This document shows, one piece after another, positions 37,751 through 49,693 of a stretch of 64,000 nt of DNA; the stretch's first letter is position 1; each line of letters starts with the position of its first letter. The notes beneath the pieces are model-generated. The model had not been told where the DNA came from. It did not search any database and saw nothing but the letters and a program-made list of their open reading frames with translations. This DNA is from Yuukianura sp. NJ FZ-2021 (Eukaryota). The DNA lies in assembly GCA_046563655.1 (NCBI GenBank), contig JAJCTO010000011.1, forward strand, positions 248,001 to 312,000, read 5' to 3'. The translations under genes and the position numbers were made by a program.

Positions 37751-39313
37751 TAAAGAAAGTACAGTTTATTCAAAAACGTTCTGCGATTTATGGATCAAGT
37801 CGCGGGTACAAAGCATGGACAGGCAGACAGACAAACGAGGTTCAAAAAGTATCTTCCACTTAAAAGACGGAGCGCAGCGGTTGACACTATGTTGGACTTT
37901 GTTGCATCACGCCAATTTTTTTACGTCTATTTTCTACAAAATGTGCTAATGATTTTAAAGATTTAAAGAACCTTACCTTCGAAACCGAAAGCGAAAACAA
38001 AAATCTGGACACAATTACTTGGTACGTCTGACGTCTTCGTTGTCAAGAGTGTCAATGGAACATTTCTTAGGTTAGGTGAAATTTGATAAAGTCTGTTAAA
38101 GTTTTTTATTTTAGCAGGACGATGCGAGACATTCTCAAGTACCTCTTGATGTGGCTATATTAAGTACTTACCGAAAGCTATTTCATAATAAGATTCATGT
38201 CTGTCGGTCCACATCTGTTTGTCCCGGAAAACATTAGAATGATTATCGTCGCAACAACTCAAACAATTTCCGCCGGGTTATCACCAATAACCATGTTATG
38301 ACCCGGACCTTTTCAATCTTCAATATCACGCGGATTAATTATGTCAAAAGTCAATGCCATTGACCTTCTTGACGCAAAACCGGAAAGTAGCACTACATAA
38401 CGAGGGAAGCAATTTTCGTACATGAGGCAAAACTGTTTTGGCTTTCGCTATTATACTATGGTTGGTTAGCAATGGTGGCGCTTTACAACCGGTTTATTAT
38501 AATGAGAAAAGTTGAAAATATAAACCAAGGATCAACTTGGTTAGAGAGATAAGTCATTCTGTTCCTAGAATTTTATGAGATTTTGGGTCTTAGAATTGAA
38601 GTTTCCAGGCCACTGCCGTAGCAGGGGAATTGGTCAAAATAATTCGATAAAAAAGTGAAAAGGTCAAAAATGTTATGCATTACGAAAAGACGTTTAGGTT
38701 TGGTTGGGCTAGGGTTTCGTGTTTCACATTGTCACTTTTAAGTTTTGACCTTTTCACGTTTTGAACAAAATTTTTTCTACAATATTAAGTGGAACCGTGA
38801 GTGAAGCTTATTTTTCCACTACCAAGAGATGCAGTGTGAAAGCTGCAAGATCTGCAATTTTGCTGTTGGAATGGTCGACTGTGACACATAAGGAGTCTCA
38901 AATCACTCAAGTTACCCTATTAGCCAACTTATTTGTCTGAAGATTATCATGACAAAACAGACTATGAATAAATCGAAATCATGTGACTCACGCATAATAG
39001 TAAGCATAATAGGCGTTTTCAAATAAAACATCCAAAGTTAAACACAACAACAATTAAAATCAAAAGAAACAAAATCTGTCTACTCAAAGGATCTCAGTTC
39101 TAAATCAATCATTCGAGTCGACTTCATCTCAGCTGAGAACGAAACTTAACAATCTCCATAATTGGCTAACGACGACACAGCTGATCTACTTTATATAAGT
39201 AAGTTTACTAAGTAAATGCAGACTCGAAGGTCTATCCATACATTAAATTGAGGTCAAGATACTGGCACCCCGTTCTGGTATATATCTAGGACCTCCTCAA
39301 CTGATGACTTCTC

Positions 39314-40114
39314 ATGACCTCAACTGAAGTCCCAAACACTCGCGGCAGGAAACGGAAATCAAAAAACGACGAATCACCTTCTACGAAAGCGTTGAAAATG
39401 AACGAATTTGATGGAGCCTCCATACTTGCTGCGATGAACAAAATGAATGACAACATTGCTTCAATCAACAACAGAATGGCCACGAATCACGCTGAAATCA
39501 CACTACAATTTCAGTCATTGAACGCAGAGGTCACAGCCATCAAAAACAGAATTCTTGCTGCTGAAGATTCACAGAAATCGCTTTCTTCCCAAGTACAATC
39601 ACATGATACGGAACTGGAAAAATTGCAAATAGCACTGAACAAGAGCAACCTAATCATACATGGCCTCCAGTACACCAACAATGAGACTACTGAATCTCTC
39701 AAAGCCGAACTTGAAAGAATATTTGCTCTTGCTCTACCAATGATCGGTATTCCACTAATTGATGATAATTACCGCCTGGGTCGCACTAATCCTCAGAATC
39801 CATCTAAACCGATCAAAATCATCTTCAAGTCTCTCGAAGCAAGAAATACGATCTGGAGGAACCGAAATCTTATTAAGAATCTCTCCCCTCATGTCAACAT
39901 AACCCAGGATCTACCACCTCATACTAGAATAAAGATTGCAGCCCGCCGACAACAACCGAATCCGAATCCGAACGAATCAATACATAATTCACAGCAATCT
40001 TATTCCCAAGTAACAATGCCACGAAACAACCAATCAACTTCTCAATTTGCTCGCAGCAGCCTCACTCCAAGGTCTCTAATTCGCACTACACAATCTAATC
40101 AAAAACCTTCCTGA
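39314..40114 (+). mobile_element. LINE ORF1-like protein (coiled coil + RRM-type; CR1/L2/Jockey style), no ORF2 detected
   Basis: 266-aa intact ORF: basic N-terminus, heptad coiled coil, then NLIIHGL, YRLG, PIKIIF, NITQDLP motifs. Confidence 0.75.
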
Positions 40115-41561
40115 CTAAGAAACAATTTTAAATCACAAAATCAACTGAAAATTGCTGGTCTGAACTGGCTCCACAAAATCCCGTACTTCCAAAATACAAT
40201 TGAACAACATACCCTGTCTTCATAACACGAAGTCTACAAGAAATGGAAACTACATTTGCAAAAACAAAACGTTTCATGTGAACTCATTCGTCATGCAAGC
40301 ATCAACTACTATTGTGTCTTTTCCAGCAGAGCTACAGCAATTAGTTTTTGCAAATTATCAAATGCTCAAAATGCTGATAGTCCTGAACCATATCCATCAT
40401 CACTTACTGCGTAACTGAAACTCCTTAATTTAATTAACAACCTACTTTAAAAAAAAAATCATAATTATAATAGCATTTCTACCAATGTACACCATTCTTA
40501 ACTTTAATAATTTTAATAATCTAAACCTTTTAAAACATACTCCAATTAAGTGATCTAACAAGTATTGAAAAAAAAAACTTATAAGTGCTGAGTGTAATAA
40601 CCTATGATTATAGGAAACTTTCAGAATAATAAACTTAAACTTAACCTTTGACCCGACAAATTACAACATCCGTGTGTAATGATTTTCGAATAAGGTTTTT
40701 GTGAGGTTGTCTCAGAGCCCTTGTCTTAAAAGTGGAAAATTGCACTCCAGTTGAAAATGAGTTCCAAAAGGTCATACTTTCTGGCTTCTTTTTAAAACTG
40801 TTCCTTGATGTGTAGCAGGCCATAGCCGAAAGCCAACGCTTTCATAAGCAGACAATCCTAAGCCAAAAACGTCGAACAAACATCCATCCAAAATGAAATT
40901 TTACCAAATTGAGTTTATCCTCGGACAACAATGGACGTCGACTTGTGGACGCTCACTAAAGGACGCTCACCTGTGCGTTTTCGCACACATTAACGTAAGT
41001 CAATCTTCCCGAATGTTCTATGCCAAATATTCTATAAGGTTTTCGTTGTGTCATTAATACCTACGTCTCCAAAGATATTGACACGCAAAACCAAACACGA
41101 TGGTTTTAGGTTAAAAGAAATTCATTTTCAAAACATAGAAGGTTAGTTTTTTTTTTGAGCTAGTCTGTTTTGCAACTGCAAGTTCCGTATCCGTCTATAA
41201 ATTTTGATAATTAATTTAGTTATTTCAAACTCGAACACTACAATCGCATTGGATCCCATTACCTAGATTTGGCAATCACAATTTCCTCAATGTACATTCA
41301 TAATGTACATCTGACGTGCCCTGTAGAAAGTCGTTCTTTAAAAACGTGCATGAACGGAGACATTGTTGTGGTATTTTAAATTAAATACTGGTATCATTAA
41401 GGATTAGCAATTGTGATTAAATAAATTAAACGCTGTTAAGGTTACCTTTTATACTTCGGCAAAACTTAGGTTAGGTTAGGTTTAATATTAGTTGGCACAA
41501 AACATAACAGAGTGTTCAAAAATTAATAACTCATAAACATACCGATATAAATAGTCCCTAA

Positions 41562-41635
41562 TATGATGATAATAATAATAATAATCATAATATAAATGAT
41601 AATAATAATAATAGTAATAATAATAATAATAATAT
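41562..41635. repeat. (AAT)n microsatellite
   Basis: Direct reading. Confidence 0.9.
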
Positions 41636-41670
41636 TTATAGAAAAATAGAAATTAGAGAGTGAGAGTAAA

Positions 41671-42733
41671 ACAAGGTAGGGCAATGCTCAAGGGTTGAGC
41701 ATAGGTCTTCTGGAGGAGTAGACAATTGATATGACTCAACCCGGTCGGCTCAAAACCGTTCAACAATTACCATAAGAAACCGTTTTAATGACATTCTTCT
41801 AAACAGCGCTAATAATTTTCAGCGCGGATATGAAGCTCTATCAAAACTACGTTGATAATTTTACTGTTTAATTGCACCAAAATCATGTTAAAGTTTTGAG
41901 ACCGAAAACATCTGCACTGAATTGATGTTGTTAATTTGTTGTGCACCAAATGCACAAAATTGAACGTTTAAGAGAAGGAGTCGAGTATGGTTCTTGATTG
42001 ATGCTCTTAATTTGCTGAGTAAGATGCACAATTCTGCAAAATCGCTGTTGCCATGGCAATGTACTATTAGCGAAAAGAGTGTACACCAAACGGCATCAAA
42101 ATAATGATATCGAAGTTGAGCTTTGTGCATGATGCACAAAATTGAACGCTGAGGAGGATGGGTCGAATATAACTTCTTTTAAATCGAAATCGGTTACTGA
42201 AAATGCACATTGTGTTAAATTAAAGTGCCTAAGCTATTCAGCCGAATATCGCTTGTTTAAATTCAAAATTAAAATTTCTCACGAAGGCAAATTAGAACCC
42301 TGCCAAGCACCGTTTACGTATTACGAATTCAAGCCGTAATTTCTACCCTCTAACTAGGCTAAATTTAATAACGTAATTAAACTAACTGTCAGAAAATGAC
42401 CAGATCAAAACTTCGTTGTTTAAATATATTTTGAGTACAATCGAGACCAAAACTGTTTTGCGGAGCCACGATACTGCGGGTACGTAAAGTAGCCGCCAAC
42501 TTTTACGTTGTTAATATAACACTTTGAGTGCAATGTAGACCTACTGAAAACTCTTGAGCCATACATAACCCCCCGACTGCGATCGGGCTAATGTTTTAGT
42601 GCAATGAGTCCTAAAAAACGTGACAGACAGACAGACAAAGTCGTATCAATAGTCTTCTTCAGCACGTCGTAGACGTGCGTCTCCAGAAGACTAATTCTTC
42701 AGCACGTCGTAGACGTGCGTCTCCAGAAGACTA
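41671..42733 (-). mobile_element. Helentron-associated non-autonomous element (HINE/DINE-1-like), copy 1
   Basis: Minus strand 5' TAGTCTTCTGGAG...GAAGAAGACTA inverted repeat, (GTCT)n microsatellite, 3' CTCCAGAAGAC subterminal repeat plus stem-loop ATGCTCAA-CCC-TTGAGCAT, T-rich flanks; its 5' ~40 bp are tandemly duplicated. Confidence 0.75.
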
Positions 42734-42738
42734 AAGGG

Positions 42739-42859
42739 AAGCCAAGAGCACCCGGGGTTCCCAGGCGGTCACCCATCCAAGTACTAACCGGGACCGACGT
42801 TGCTTAACTTCAGTGATCGATACGAGAACTGGTGCTTTCAACGTGGTATGGACCTTGCC
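42739..42859 (-). rRNA. 5S rRNA gene (solitary copy, possibly a pseudogene)
   Basis: Minus strand GGCAAGGTCCATACCACGTTGAAAGCACCAGTTCTCGT...GAAGTTAAGC...TTAGTACTTGGATGGGTGACCGCCTGGGAACCCCGGGTGCTCTTGGCTT, about 120 nt with intact internal control boxes. Confidence 0.93.
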
Positions 42860-43172
42860 GTAAGGAAACGGAAAATAACATAGAATCAAATCACACATGT
42901 TACTAAAAAACAACCCCAAAAAAATGGAATATCTTGAGATGATGAGAGTTAAAACTTCGCTTTCCATAAAATGAAGTCATGCCTGCACTTTGTGCGTTTA
43001 CAAAATTATTTTTATTATGGTGCCGCTCCAGTTTTGTCTCACAAAATGAAAGCGTGGTTTAGCCGTATTACATGTCAAAATTTAAGTTGAAGGGTACACC
43101 TTTTATTCGTTTTACTTGACAATGTTAGTAAACGATCAGATCCATATGAATAAACTACCAACTTTACTTCAA

Positions 43173-44168
43173 ACAAGGTAGGGCAATGCTCAAGGGTTGA
43201 GCATAGGTCTTCTGGAGGTAGTTGACAATTGATGCGACTTAAACCGGCCTGCCTCAAAACTGTAGAAGAACTGAGAAACCGTTTTCACGTAGCGGATGTA
43301 CCAAAACGGCGCTCAAAATTTTCAGCGCGGATGTGAGGTCCTCTTTTGTGCATGCGTTGCACCAAAACTGGGTTGCCAAGGGCATTTAAATGCACTAAAA
43401 TCATGTTCCAGTTTTGCGCCCCAAAATATTTTCACTAAATTGATGTTCTTAATTTGTTGATCAGGATGCACATAATGTATTATCGTTGTTGCCGCGGCAA
43501 TGTACTTATTAGCGAAAAGAGCGTGAACCAAACGGCGTCAAAATAATGATATCGAAATTTAGCTTTGTGCATTATGCACAAAATTGAATGCTGAGGAGGA
43601 TGAGTCGAAAATCCTTTCTTTTAAATCAAAATTGGTTCATGTAAATGCACAACTCAAAGTTTATGTATCCCTGTTGATCATAAGGTCATGAACGCTCCCT
43701 CGAGGGGTCAGATATCGCTTGTGAAAATCGAAATATAAAAATTTCTAGTAAATGCAACTTTGATCCCTGTTGTGCACCATTCACATATTAAACATTTAAG
43801 CCGGATTTTCTATCCTCTGATCAGTCTTAATTTAACAACGTAATCAAACATACTGCCAGAAAATGACCAGATCAAAACTCCGTTGTTAATAAATATTTTG
43901 AGTGCAATCGAAACCAAAACAGTTTTGCGGAGCCACGATACTGCGGGTACATAAAATAGCCGCCCACTTCAACGTTGTTAATCTAACACTTTGAGTGCAA
44001 TGTAGACCTACTGAAAACTCTTGAGCCAAACATAACCCCCCGACTGCGATGGGGCTTATGTTTCAGTGCAAAGGGTACTAAAAAACGTTACGGACGGACG
44101 GACAGACGGACAAAGTCGTATCAATAGTCTTCTTCAGCACGTCGTAGACGTGCGTCTCCAGAAGACTA
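43173..44168 (-). mobile_element. Helentron-associated non-autonomous element (HINE/DINE-1-like), copy 2
   Basis: Same termini, hairpin and (GTCY)n tract as 41671-42733; interior alignable but diverged. Confidence 0.75.
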
Positions 44169-44751
44169 AAATGAATACAAAGGTGCACAAACCCAAGCAA
44201 CACAGAAGCATGTAGAAACACGCGATAATGTTTCCTCTCAAGCAAAATTTATGAGGTAGAGTTTTTAACCATTTTATTTCTTCATGCTCGCGCAAAATTT
44301 CGTCATGTACGGTTGGTGTAGTTAGGGGATTAGGGGAACCCACTAGTCCCACAACCGATAAATGCCAGAAGAATGATTAGTTGGATTCTTTTGTATTTAT
44401 GCTCAAGGTCAAAGAAATTATGCCTACTGGTTCCGTTCCTTTCCGGAAATGTAAAATTTCCACACTGGAACGTTGCTCACGATCTGTTCTATTTTCGTAG
44501 TCTGCTAAATATATATTTAACTTTGCCTGCAATACCTGTACTATTCTAGAACAAAATGAGAGAATTTCGAAAGTTCTCCCCAGTATATCTTTGATTCTGT
44601 GCCATTTGTAAAATTTTCTGGTATTTTAAAAACTACCTAATGTAAAAGTTTTGTGAAATTTATATTTTGCCCATTCGTTGTATTCAACGGATTGGAGTCT
44701 TTTTTCTAATTAGTACTTCAGTGTTCAGTCTGGTTGAAGTTTGCAAACCAA

Positions 44752-45240
44752 TCATTTACAACTCATGTTTTTCCGCCAATGGGGTCCAATGAAATCAAGG
44801 CATTCGAATGTATCCGATTTGACGAAATTTGCTATTCGCATAAACGCAGCATTCCCAGTTATTTTAGTTTGCAGGAAATCAAGCGCAGTCAGGTTGCCAA
44901 GTATCATATTTTGGCACTCGCAAGTAAAAACTAGCATGAGTTCATTAGCCATAAAACGGTCTTGTGGATCCCAATATCCAACAATACAGTTGTCTGATTG
45001 TATGACAAAACCTTCCATCTGATCGAATTTGGTGTAGATTTGTATAATCGGTTTTCCAGTTGTCAAGTACGACACGACAACTGCTTTGTATGCATTTGTC
45101 AGAATAACAGTCAATAATAACCACAAACTAATGACAAGGATTCTACAATTTCACGCAATGTTTTCTTACAGCGTAGTTTAAATTTCACAAAGACTTCCGA
45201 AATAGGCGAAGAAAAATTCGAGAAGAGTACCATGCCAATT
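44752..45240 (-). pseudogene. Divergent ionotropic receptor (IR/iGluR-like) fragment
   Basis: WLLLTVILTNAYKAVVVSYLT resembles the M3 helix motif of arthropod IRs; flanks are disrupted. Confidence 0.5.
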
Positions 45241-46207
45241 CTGATTCTGTAATTTTGTAATTCAAATAGAAATTCTAGAAATAATAGAAAAGGTTTTTTT
45301 TTTGAACGTGTACGAGAGGTAGCACCCCCTAGAACGGGGCCTTACACTACTTCGCGTTGTTGAGTTGTCTTGCTACCTTTCCAGTTGGCTCGAGAGGGTA
45401 ACTCTAGGAAAACCACATCGGAAAAACGCTAATACAAAGTTGATAAGCAAGACAACTCGGGACGTTACTTTACAGTTACGTTACATATGCTGATGAGGAA
45501 GGCAGGTCCGCTGCTTGATTTTACGGTGAGTTTACAGCTCACCAACCTCAAGGGAACAGACTCATCAGCATCTCGGAATGAAATGGAAAGGGAATAAGGA
45601 AATGGCAAATTCCTTATGCACATAGGCAAATTTTCATTCACTTTTTTATTGCGAGTGACCGACAGGACTCGATCTCACAGACAGGCAGATGGCAGAATAG
45701 AGACTCATACCACTGCGCTACCATGGCTCGCCTATATAGCTCGTTGCTATAGCAACCGATTGAATTGCTACACCAGGTTATCCAGTACCTCAGGGTTTCT
45801 AAAAATCTTGCTACAAACAACTTTTTGAACCAATTTTGAACCAATTCCCATTAGACTACATACAATTCATTACCATAGAAAGGCACGGCGACGCAAGTTT
45901 TGCAAATTATTTGAGAAAAATAAAAACATCGACTTACTGGACAACCTGGTGTAGCATAAACGATTTGTTTCCTTGTTTACCCAGCTTGCACAGATCCTTC
46001 GACTTCCAACATCCATTCCAGAAATGCAAAAAAAAATATTTTCAAAATTCGAAATTTTTCTAAATTTTTATAAAAAATTTATCAAACAAAACCGCGGGAA
46101 ATAAAACGCCTAATATCGGTGATGAACACGAACCAGCAGCTCGACTGTCCAGCGCAAATAAATAAGAAATTCAAGTATTTAAAGTTCTCGTCACGCTCAT
46201 TTGCAAT

Positions 46208-47276
46208 TAGGGGTGGCAAACTCGTCCAGTTTTTGAGAATCGAGTCTCGAGTCTAGAATTTTGGCTGCGAGTCTATACTCGAGTCCAGACTCGAGTCCTA
46301 CTTTTGATTTTAAATCATCAATTCTAGGAGTAAAAAAGGTGAATTCCGGTATTACGCCAGAAGCTAACATCGGTTTACACATTGTCTCTTCGTCGAAAGC
46401 ACTTTTCCAATTTGTGAACAAAATATCATGTGCCTTATGAAACGTTAACATTGAAATCATCAATTTTTTAACACTTTGTAGGTCTAAATTTTGTGGAGGA
46501 ATTTTGGAAAAAGTCAGGATTGGGCTAACAAATTCACTAAAGTGCATTTTCCTTTTTTATGGAAATTTAAAAAATTCCAAAGTATTGATTTTTAAAAACA
46601 CCATCACACCTTCTAACTTTCTAGAGAAGGATTTTTGGAAAAAGTCAGGATTAGGCTAACAAATTCACTAAAGTCCATTTTCCTTTTTTATGGAAATATA
46701 AAAAATTCCAAAGTATTGATTTTTAAAAACACCATCACACCTTCTAACTTTCTACAGGAGGATTTTTGGAAAAAGTCAGGATTAGGCTAACAAATTCACT
46801 AAAGTGCATTTTCCTTTTGTATGGAAATTTATAAAATTCCAAAATATTGATTTTTAAAAACACCATCACTCTAACTTTCTACAGAAGGATTTTGGAAAAA
46901 GTCAGGATTAGGCTAACAAATTCACTACAGTACATTTTCCTTTTTTATGGAAATTTACAAAATTCCAAAGTATTGATTTTTAAAAACACCATCACACCTT
47001 CTAACTTTCTACAGGAGGACTTTTGGAAATAGTCAGGATTGGGCAAACAAATTCACTGAAGTGTATTTTCCTCATTTATGTGAAATTTAAAAGCTAATAT
47101 TGTTTTTGTTTTAAAAATAATAAACAATTTGGGTAAACAAAACTAGCACTTCAATTCAGTTCAATTTTGAAGTCAGACTCGAGTATGAAAAGTTTCAGAC
47201 TCGAGTCTCGAGTCTGAAAAAAATGGACGAGTACTCGAGTTCGAGTCCATCTCTAGAATCGAGTTTGCCACCCCTA
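46208..47276. mobile_element. Non-autonomous hAT element (1069 bp) with an internal ~131-bp tandem repeat
   Basis: TIR TAGGGGTGGCAAACTCG / CGAGTTTGCCACCCCTA; 8-bp TSD TTTGCAAT (46200-46207, 47277-47284); subterminal CTCGAG repeats. Confidence 0.9.
46495..47090. repeat. About 4.5 tandem copies of a ~131-bp unit
   Basis: GTCAGG recurs at 46513, 46644, 46775, 46901, 47032. Confidence 0.92.
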
Positions 47277-49693
47277 TTTGCAATGTTCTTTCAAAGTTTT
47301 GCTTTAATATTTATTATAATACTTTACTTATTCAGCGTTTAGCACAAAAGTCGACCTATTTATGAGAGGTTATGGGCGTGATGATGTTAGAGATGGCATG
47401 TACCACGACAGTATGTATTTAGCATGTAAAGGTTTAACTTATAATTTATATATTTATGTTTTCGCTACCCATTAAAATGTTCAGAGAATATTGGTAGCAA
47501 AAATGGTGTCATTAGCAAGGGAGTATTCTTAGAAGATATGGCATTTTTGAATTTTAAAATTACAATCGTACTCTGTATGTACCAGAAACTACAATTTCTC
47601 ATTCCAATTTTTCTTGATTTGATACGAAGTGGAGAAACGTAAATTTTTACAGTATAGGTGTAAAAATGGAACGCGAAATTAGTTTACTCTGTTCTGGCGT
47701 AAGCGTCAGAATTATTTTCTCTTTAATTTCACCTAAACTTTAGAACTAAAATTAGAATTAAATCTAAAGTGACTGAGATGAGATGAGCATCACTCAGCAC
47801 TAGAAGAGAGTAACAGTTCACCCATAGTAGGAAAGTAAAGGGTTAAGTACTAGAATAGGCCCACTCTCACTTTCAACTCAATGCTCTTCCCAAAACTCAA
47901 CACTATCTCTCTCTCAAGTCAACACTCTCCTATAGCTCTTAAGTTTAGTATTAAGTAGTGGGAAAGAGCAGGAGCTCAGTCATGCGTATTACTTGCTCCG
48001 CCTTTACGTCCACGTCAGCTCCTCGTCTTCAACAATAGTACATAAGCAATACAATACACATAAGTTTTTACAATTCAATAAGTACTAGAATCTTCTCTCA
48101 ATTCAATTCGATCTTTCAATTCAACTTTCAATTAATTGTTTTTCTTTTCATTTAAGTATTTAATTAAAAGTAATTGGTTTATTTGACATTACTGGATTCA
48201 TCTCAACATCGTTCACATCATTTCAAATCCATTCTCACTTGAATTCTGCACATCTTATGGCCGCGATCAACTACATACTCTTAATTTTGGTGGTAAATTT
48301 TGTTGCAGGGAAAGGCGAACATTCATTGAAGATATAGATCTGGATATGTATTTGGGCGGTAGTTGGGCAACGTGCTACAACCACGTGATCATGTACTCGA
48401 GTTACACTAATATCTACAGCTCATACGCACGTACATTAAGTCAGCTAGGGAAAATGTTGACACCGAAAAGGTATGAAAACAGTCCCTGTGCAGTTGTAAA
48501 AAAGCGGAACGGTGTAACTGAAACAACCACTCCCTCGTTTTGTGCACAAGACAACCTCCACTATACAACAAAATCCGTCAACTGCATTGGTGTCACTTCC
48601 TTTTTCACACAGAACTTTGTGGAAGAACTAGAAATTTTCCGTTACCTCTATTTATATTGGGTTCAGCCTTCGTTTTACATGAGACAGGAAAGAAGTCTCT
48701 CGAGCATTAGACGTTTGAACCTTGATGTGCCAATAGTATACCTCATGCAAAACATCCATTTACAAGTAGTGACTGACTCATGTACCTTCAATTTTGTCAG
48801 TTACCGTACAACATTAGGCTTAACTATTAGAAGGCGTTATCCCATGTATTTAAGCCGAGTCTATGTGAGAGTAATCTACATGTCATGCGGTGCAAGAGCT
48901 ACAACTGGAAAATATGAAATCATCGTTGGAGTTTCTGGATTGGATATACTCAACTTTTCTGATTTAAATCTCACGTCACTGTCATTATCCCTCAACTTAG
49001 AACGTCTGCAAAAACGAGCATTTAAAACCATATCGAAGAAGCTGTCGCCACACACGGGAGAAGATTGATATGTGGTTTCATTGCGTGAGTTTCTTTTGGC
49101 TCCCTACAATGGAAGTTCCGGCAATACAAAAACAGGTAAGATGACTTGAAGATATTATAAACTATGTAGTATGCGTTACGATTTGCGGTGACGAAGCTTC
49201 ATTTCTATTTGTATATATAACATTTACGTCTAACATCTACAACACATACCTTAAGTCTATTTCCATAAAGTACAGCCGAAGATCTCAAGTTGTGATAGCT
49301 TTTTGTTTACCGAACAGTGTAGAGAATATATGGTTTTGGATGGAGCTCAATGCTAAATGAGAATATAAACGTCAAAAAAACCAGCCGAGAGTCGAGACGT
49401 CGAAAAAAAAAACTTTCATCAAATCGTGCTCGAAGAAGTACCACATGCGCCTTACCTTTGAAAAAATCAAAACCTGCAAGATTTTTTGCAAGCTCGCGTG
49501 TCGATTATCTGCAAGCTGCTTTGTTCGTCTATATTTCCTGGAAGCTTTTTGGTACATCTCGATTCTCTGCAATGTTATGTTTCCAAGTTTGGATTTTCTG
49601 CAAACAATTTTGCACATCAATTTTCTGTAAGTAGTTTTTAGTTGTTAAAAAAAACAGTAATTCTCCCTTCCTAGATGTCGGCTGCTGTAACAT

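Noticed and set aside
48346..49068. 240-aa plus-strand ORF
   Set aside because: No recognisable motif; may be the antisense shadow of a decayed minus-strand gene, so no product is called.
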